A DNA stretch of 45,805 nucleotides. Origin: Catajapyx aquilonaris (lineage: Eukaryota). The DNA lies in contig JYFJ02003151.1 in assembly GCA_000934665.2 (NCBI GenBank), forward strand, positions 1-45,805, read 5' to 3'. Below are positions 39,597 to 45,805 of this stretch, piece by piece (positions within the stretch are counted from its first letter, which is position 1; every line of letters begins with the position of its first letter). The position numbers and the translations under genes were made by a program. Below the pieces are notes generated by a model, which was not told where the DNA came from, did no database searches, and saw only the letters and a program-made list of their open reading frames with translations.

Positions 39597-40048
39597 CCTC
39601 AGACAGGGAACTTGGTGTCCTCCGCTACATCCCAATCCCTCGACCAAGCATCCTTGGGCGGCTCGACTTCTATGTGCGCTACGGAGACAAGGAGAAGGAA
39701 GCAGTGGCCTCCTTCGACTTCCTGGAGGACCTTTCTACCACCTCCCTCTCAGATCTGGGGGGATCTACCGATGGGGTTGTGGAGAAGCCCGCTCCCCCTG
39801 TCCCCAATGTGAACCTCACCATCAACAGCAATGAGGTCACAATGCAGCCGGAGGAGGAAGATGATGACGATGACGTGAAGAAAGCCGTGGACACGATCTC
39901 AGATGACTCTTACTCTGATCGCAAGCGATCTCCGTCGCACACCCCGAGCCTTAACTCGGAGGAGAGCGATTGTTGTGTAGAGGGGTTGTCAATAAGTGAC
40001 TCGTGCGCTGCCAGTTTCTCTAGTTCCAACGACAGTATACATTACTGA
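39597..40048 (+). CDS. NCKAP5: NCKAP5-like terminal coding exon H
   Basis: Pyrimidine tract plus GAGCAG acceptor; phase 1 joins exon G to give RRQRRASDRELGVLRYIPIPRPSILGRLDFYVRYGDKEKEAVASFDFLED...DSIHY, stop TGA 40046-40048. Confidence 0.85.
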
Positions 40049-40401
40049 GAGCACACGAGGAAGTTTTTTTTTGTACATAATGATACAAATTTGAATCAGG
40101 TGTCCCCTATCCTTTTATCCCCTTTTATCTCTTCTTTCTCCTTTTTTACACCCACACCCAAGGAGTAAACTTTAAAAAAATATACATATATGTAAGTTTA
40201 GTCACATCCAGGGTTTCCTTTTTTGTACTGATATTTTAAATATTATAATTATTGTTCCCGGCAGCAATCATTTTCATGACTGATGGGAGTTTGAGTGGAC
40301 AAACTGAAGCAAATTGCAGTTCTAATGGAACTACCCACCCATTGTATGGCATATTTTTATAGGTCCTTCAAAAAAGTGTATTTAGGGTTTGTAACGATGG
40401 T

Positions 40402-40452
40402 AATAAATTATTGTGTGATATGGTAGCCAATTTTTTAATGGTTCCAAATAAA
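40402..40452 (+). promoter_or_regulatory. Candidate polyadenylation signals of the NCKAP5-like gene (AATAAA at 40402 and 40447)
   Basis: Two AATAAA hexamers 350-400 nt after the stop codon in an AT-rich 3' UTR. Confidence 0.5.
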
Positions 40453-40817
40453 ACCATTAATACTATTTAAATTATAATGTAATACCATTAATACTAATTA
40501 AATCATGTAATAATTTTATTACACCCTTTCAATTCCACCAAGTGCAAGTAACAATCCAAAAGCCATTTCATGCAATTTCAGTCAGTGTTTCATGGAAGGT
40601 CCTTCAGAATTATAAAATACTAGCAGGTTTCCTAGCTTTGCCCATTGTGGTGAGAGGTAGGGGTTACACCAGCATTATTAGCTTGCAATGCAGTGTCCTA
40701 GCAACACATTTGTCCGTGGGACTTGACAAAGAGTTTTATATTGTTTGTTCACATTCTGTAGTACTGTAGGCTTTGCCACAGAGAATTTAGGCATAAACGA
40801 AGCAAAATCTGGTCCAT

Positions 40818-41283
40818 ATGATGACTGCTGTATACCAACCTCCCACACTCCTAGGCATTGCTTCCTGTTGTTTTTCATCCTATATTGTGGACCTAGCAAA
40901 GAGGATTTGTCAAGGACACGGCCCGTGGACAGAAGCAGAGTCCAAAAGCTGTTGTCTGGAAATTGCGACATACATGAGCCAATACGTTTCCGATGAAATT
41001 ATGGACAATTTGCCAATACCTATCAAGAACCTGCTGATTATGGGGTCACATCCTGAAGTGGACAAGAGGATCATCACTAGCTGCTTTCTCCATAAAAGGG
41101 TGACTCACTTTCGTCTACTCACTGACTTCTTCAGTTACAAAGATGAGACCATCTGCAACAGTTCCTTCTGGGCTTACCATGTCTCCCTGATGCCTCGACT
41201 TGTAGCTGTATGCCTCCCACAATGTGCTGTCACAGTTGAGGTGCTCCATAACATGGCCATACACTGCCCCTTTCTCAGTGTAG
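40818..41283 (+). CDS. Uncharacterized protein (possibly degenerate LRR-type), probable first coding exon
   Basis: ATG-initiated ORF with globular-looking composition, ending in LVAVCLPQCAVTVEVLHNMAIHCPFL (resembles a cysteine-containing LRR unit). Phase-1 donor G|GTATCT at 41284. Confidence 0.55.
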
Positions 41284-41411
41284 GTATCTTTCTCAATTAT
41301 GTTTTGGTCAATCTACCCAAAGGCTGCAGAAGAAGTATGATAGGGGGTTCCAGGGGAGCCAATCACAATGTGAAAATCATGGATTTTCCCATATTTCTGC
41401 TGCAACCTTAG

Positions 41412-41655
41412 ATCATGGATTAGACAGTTGCACAGTGCCACTGCCTCCTTTCGTAACGTTATTTTTGGCTACACAGTTAATGTGCATGTTTTATGAACAG
41501 CATGTAGCTATTACATCATGCAGTCACACTTGGACTCACAAAGGCAGCTGCAGTTGTGAAGATATGCTTTCCTTTGTTGAAGAGATGCTGATTCCTTGTC
41601 AAGGTTTAAGACACATTGATATTGACTTCAACGTGTGCCCTGAATGTCGATTCAA
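41412..41655 (+). CDS. Uncharacterized protein, exon 2 (Cys/His-rich)
   Basis: TAG acceptor 41409-41411, phase 1 in; open frame DHGLDSCTVPLPPFVTLF...CQGLRHIDIDFNVCPECRF; donor AA|GTAAGG at 41656 (phase 2). Confidence 0.55.
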
Positions 41656-41721
41656 GTAAGGACACAAATGAGTGGCATATAATTCCAAAACTTACGAGCC
41701 TTCTTTTCTGAACTGGTGCAG

Positions 41722-42019
41722 GATCAGTTTAGGGGAAAAGCTTCAGGCTTCTCTGGTGGAACAGGTCAGATCAATGACTTCTCAGTGTACCACCTCATCA
41801 TCTGACCACATGGATGATATGGATGAGTGTACTTATGATGACCCAAAGTACTTCATCAGCACAAGTGAGCTACCAGATAATGAAATGATCACTGCAGCAG
41901 AAATTCATACTGAGCCTTCTGACACCAGCCCTCGACCTATATTTTGTCAAGCTGGTGGTGATCAGGTATTCAATTCTGCTATGCTAGAAACAGATACTGA
42001 TTCATTGCCCCAAGTTTGA
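41722..42019 (+). CDS. Uncharacterized protein, exon 3 (acidic, Ser/Thr-rich); 3' boundary uncertain
   Basis: A 66-nt intron 41656-41721 (GTAAGG...ttcttttctg...tgcAG) removes two in-frame stops and restores the frame. The exon ends at TGA 42019 or at phase-0 donors after 41965 or 42013. Confidence 0.5.
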
Positions 42020-42729
42020 GTTCACATTTTAGGTAGGCTGTGTGTTGTAATCCTAATTCACACCAGGAGGACTGGTTCCTCTCCTTTACACCAGGGGTCT
42101 TAGTAGACATCTAAAATGTAAATACAGCCTACATAATAATGTTCGTAGAAATTCGATCAGTTAATTGTATAATCCTTACAAGAAAATTGCACTTTAACGT
42201 CAGGTTTTGAGCAGTGTAGGCCTGCCTGTAATGGTGCAATGCTGCCTAAATGGAAATAACTTATATGTAACACTTTGAACCTGCAATGTTGTCATGTTTT
42301 CTGGAAGAAATTGGCGATTTATTGGCGAAATATATTGAATGTGTCTTTGCATAATTTCTAAATTTTCTTAAATGCTTCTCAAAAGGCGGTAATTTCCCGG
42401 AATAATTTATACAATGTCTTTTTCATTACCAGCAATTCAACATGGAATGTTACTTTGGTATTGTTGCAGTTAATAAAATTTCCACAAAACTGGGACGAAA
42501 TAGAGGAATGTCCATTAGCTAAAGCTAATGGTTTCCGGGCTGACACTGATGCACAACAAAAGAAGTGGTACAACATATGGCCTGTAAGTAATCAATGTAG
42601 TTAGTTATGCAATGTAAGCTTAGTAAAAGGCATTGCACAATTACAGCTGGAGTTATTTTTAACTGTAAGTTTCAGTTTCTTCATGCTACTACCTAATGCC
42701 TGAAGTCTTGATAATTATGTTTGTTGCAG

Positions 42730-42891
42730 AAAGAAAAATCAAGACAGAAGCTGTCACTACCCACTGGTATGTATATTCTGGAAAATAATGGCCTTATTTA
42801 TCACATTGTATGAAAAAGTACAATTCGTGTCCTGCAGAAGATCCTAAACTGGAAGAGGTGCACGAAAGATCAAGACAATTGTGCAAAACCG
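42730..42891 (+). CDS. Two candidate micro-exons of the downstream gene (42730-42766 and 42838-42891)
   Basis: tgttgcAG|KEKSRQKLSLPT|GTATGT (phase 0/1), a 71-nt intron, then cctgcAG|EDPKLEEVHERSRQLCKT|GTATTT (phase 1/1). Phases are compatible with exon 3 donors. Confidence 0.35.
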
Positions 42892-43434
42892 GTATTTTCC
42901 TGGTGTTTCTGGGACGGAAGATAATAGGCATCTTGGCACGTTGCTTCTGCTTCCAGCGGCCTGAATCGTACCTTTTGTCTGAACTAACTCATTCTGAAGA
43001 GGTGATTCAACACGACCAGAAACTGATCGTGACCTGGTGCGAAACGCAACTGTGCCGGATCCGCTTTTACTGTTTCTTTGGCTTGTCACACGATTACTCA
43101 GCAACAGATGAAGATTCAATGCATAACCAAATTTAAGAGAATGTACTGTGATTTTTAAATGATGTTCATTTTCTGGGTGAAAATTTCAGCTGTCAACATC
43201 CTGCTGCACCATACGAAATGTCTTCCCTTTTAGTGGCCCGTTCATCCTGTCTCTTCAGAGCAACCCAGCATGTCGCTCTGACGTGGTGGATACCTGCAGC
43301 ACAGGATGAATCTTGCTGGAAGGGAGAGCCTGGAAAATCTCGTCTTCATATGTGCACATGTTTCCGAGTTTCGGCAGTTTTTTTGACACCGTGTTCTTGT
43401 GCTTCTGCGATTTTTCGAAATCGCTTATGTTAGG

Positions 43435-43787
43435 GAGCAAAAGATTTGTAAATTTTGCTTCCAGCTCAACAAAACAACAGTTTCGAAGGTGGCGCGTCAA
43501 GTTTGCAGCAAAATCAACTCAATGCTGATCACTTTCTTTGACATTTTAGGAATTGTGCATAATTATGGAGTTTCTCCCTCTGGTAAAACTGTCAACGGCA
43601 AGTATTAGGGCCTACTGGGATGGTTTGAGACGATTTAGGCTCAAATGGCCGGAGATGTGGAAGAACATAGACTGGTTGCTGCACCATGACAATGCCGCCT
43701 GCACACACCTCACGCGTAGTCAGGGACTTCCTGATAAAAAATAACATGACCACAGTTCCCCACCTGCATATTCGTTTGTCCTGGCCA
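43435..43787 (+). mobile_element. Degenerate, internally deleted mariner (Tc1/mariner) transposase relic
   Basis: Frameshifted pieces EQKICKFCFQLNKT (mariner N-terminus), KVARQVCSKINSMLITFFDILGIVH...GKTVNGKY, RLKWPEMWKNIDWLLHHDNA, PAHTSRVVRDFLIKNNMTTVPH and a decayed YSPDLA-like motif. No TIRs identified. Confidence 0.88.
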
Positions 43788-43790
43788 AGG

Positions 43791-43876
43791 TGGTACTCAC
43801 TTCGGTACTCCGGTGTACACCTGCAGTGGTACTCTTTGGTACTCTTCGGTACTCCCTGGTGCTCCCTGGTGCTCCC
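43791..43876. repeat. 10-bp-unit minisatellite (YGGTRCTCYY)
   Basis: Tandem units tggtactctt/tggtactctt/cggtactccc/tggtgctccc/tggtgctccc plus two upstream degenerate copies. Confidence 0.8.
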
Positions 43877-43953
43877 AGACAATAAACAAATATGCCTCTA
43901 ACTTCGGGAGCTTTTCCCTCTCGTGTCGTGCTTCCAATCCCAAGGGGCTAAAA

Positions 43954-44025
43954 AAATGGTGCCGGGGATCGAACCCGGGACCTTTCACATGCAAAGCGAA
44001 CGCTCTACCATTGAGATACACCCCC
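43954..44025 (-). tRNA. tRNA-Ala(TGC), probably a pseudogene (defective acceptor stem)
   Basis: The minus strand reads GGGGGTGTATCTCAATGGTAGAGCGTTCGCTTTGCATGTGAAAGGTCCCGGGTTCGATCCCCGGCACCA followed by T7. The anticodon arm (TTCGC/TTTGCAT/GTGAA) and T arm (CCGGG/TTCGATC/CCCGG) are intact. The 3' acceptor strand is about 3 nt short and position 10 is T instead of G. Confidence 0.85.
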
Positions 44026-45302
44026 CACTTCGTAGGAGTTATTGCTTCATTACGAGGAGACCTATGAACATGTTCATAACACATAATATTGAACATAATT
44101 TCATGTAGGGTGACACCATGTCCAAATCTCCAAAAGAAGGGCATAGATGCTCTGTATAGGCTGTGTACAATACACACTATTATACTAATAAATACGCCTT
44201 TTTTACTTCAGCAAAACCGAATCTACGATTTCAAACGTCCTACTTAATGTCTCTGTCTCTATAAAGTGAGTGATGACCAATAGTTTCACAACTATCTGTT
44301 CTCTTCCTCAGATGCAGGACAGAGCTCCTGTTCACATAAACCCCCTGGAGGAGGAGGAGCAAGAAATGCAGAGAGGAAAGCTCGAAGGAATATTGAAGCA
44401 CCGTCATCACCGTCATACCTAGCAGAATCTACATCTATACGTATGTGCGATTAAACAGATTAACATTTTTCATATAATGCGTGTGGTGCCCATATCTGTG
44501 GATCGGAAAAAACAAAAACAAGCTTGCTAATAAAGAACCTTAATTATCCCTCAATAAATTCTTCCTCGTTGAGATTCCAGGTCAATTACGAGTAATTTCG
44601 GTGTGCCAGGTCTTCGGGTGCCAGGTCTTCAGGGAGGCAAGTACAGTATATTATTAAGGAAATTTAGAATCACAAAGGCTTCAATTTTATAGCATGTCAT
44701 TTCATATAAACATTAAAATCCGTTAGTATTCGTTCGAGTTAAACATTGGCCTGTATTACAGTACTAGCTAATTACCCGCATATGCAGTAGATATTTGTCA
44801 TGTGTTGCATTGGTCTAGTGGCTAATATGGAGCTAATAATGGCAAAAAAATTGAATCTAGATAATGTGCGTCATACCTGATTTTCAGACAACCCAGTTCA
44901 CTACTGCATCAGGTACTATCAATCTCGTTGAACCATTCGCAATGCTTAATTGTAACCAGGAACCTCCCATTAAATGTGCATAATAAATGTTTCGAGCAGT
45001 CGGCATTATTAAGTTATTATGTTTTCTTTTAACTGATCCACGTTCATATTTTTAGATACTTTTCTTTGGCAATTTTTAATCCTTCATTTTGTACTCGTCA
45101 ACACTACAGGATTGTATGTGAGCGCTTCCTGCACATATACTCGAGCAGAGTTAGTTATCTTTTCTTCATATTAATTTCTTCATGTCAATTTATTATTGGC
45201 TCTCGCAGCGATCCACAAGTATGTTTTCAATAGAGCAGGATTTTATCTATGACAAGTTTTAAGCGCTCTAAAAACAATGTGTATGCATGGTATACATAGC
45301 AA

Positions 45303-45350
45303 ATTGTGTACTGCATTGTACTAACTAATGTACATAATGCAGTACACAAT
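45303..45350. repeat. Short inverted repeat (15-bp perfect arms)
   Basis: attgtgtactgcatt (45303-45317) and aatgcagtacacaat (45336-45350), with an additional inner gtac/gtac pair. Confidence 0.8.
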
Positions 45351-45805
45351 GTGAATATTTTTTAAAAAATCGCAACGCTGTGTACCATGGATACACGTTG
45401 CTTTTGAGAGAGTACCCCTTGAAGTATCAGTTCGAGAGTAACATCCTGTGATGATGGGGGTGGCGTACTGCAGACAGAATAATTTGGGAACATACGCAGT
45501 TTCTTATCATTTTTTGTTAGTTTTTGCCGAGTGTGAGAGTCGATGCTCTTCATGTGTGGGAATCTATTATTTTCTTTTAGTGGATATGTCCCTTTTTAGG
45601 CCTTCTGTAGCAGGTATAGGGTGGTCATTTCCAAATCTTCAGAAAGAAGGACACAGCTGGTAGGTATATCGTATACATGCTTTATACAGTACAATACATT
45701 GTGTGACTCATGACCTCGGGTCACACCCTGACTAGCTCAGTAACGCAGGTTCAGTTGGAGAAAAGATATCAGACTGTGAGACTGGGAGAAAAGGGTGGAA
45801 GAAGT

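Noticed and set aside
40046..40095. Possible stop-codon readthrough of the NCKAP5-like gene
   Set aside because: The TGA-G context is not the leaky TGA-C type, and another stop follows within about 15 codons.
42957..43136. Acceptor ttccAG at 42956 as a further coding exon of the orphan gene
   Set aside because: In the required phase it hits TGA after two codons. It could be a terminal exon, but this cannot be resolved without transcripts.
43791..43876. Repeat array considered as CRISPR-like
   Set aside because: 10-bp head-to-tail units with no unique spacers, no cas genes, and a eukaryotic context.

Overview
Eukaryotic genomic DNA, most likely from an arthropod (probably an insect) rather than a prokaryote. 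Most short ORFs in the track are spurious. The main feature is the 3' part of a + strand spliced gene for an NCKAP5/NCKAP5L (Cep169)-like coiled-coil protein. I traced 8 phase-compatible GT-AG exons (335-469, 27116-27255, 30251-30341, 34213-34302, 35268-35792, 36250-38427, 39105-39237, 39597-40048; 3744 nt, 1247 codons plus stop). The start codon lies upstream of the window, and the first intron in the window is about 26.6 kb. About 770 nt after its stop codon a second, compact, spliced + strand gene begins (40818 onward, possibly LRR-like, 3' end uncertain). Further downstream are an internally deleted mariner transposase relic, a 10-bp minisatellite and a damaged tRNA-Ala(TGC) copy. The large intron holds a near-perfect 147-bp fold-back (MITE-like) element, a small pre-miRNA-like hairpin and a possible antisense spliced transcript. 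I found no convincing new multi-gene system. The best leads are the motif content of the NCKAP5-like protein, the orphan downstream gene and the intronic structured elements.
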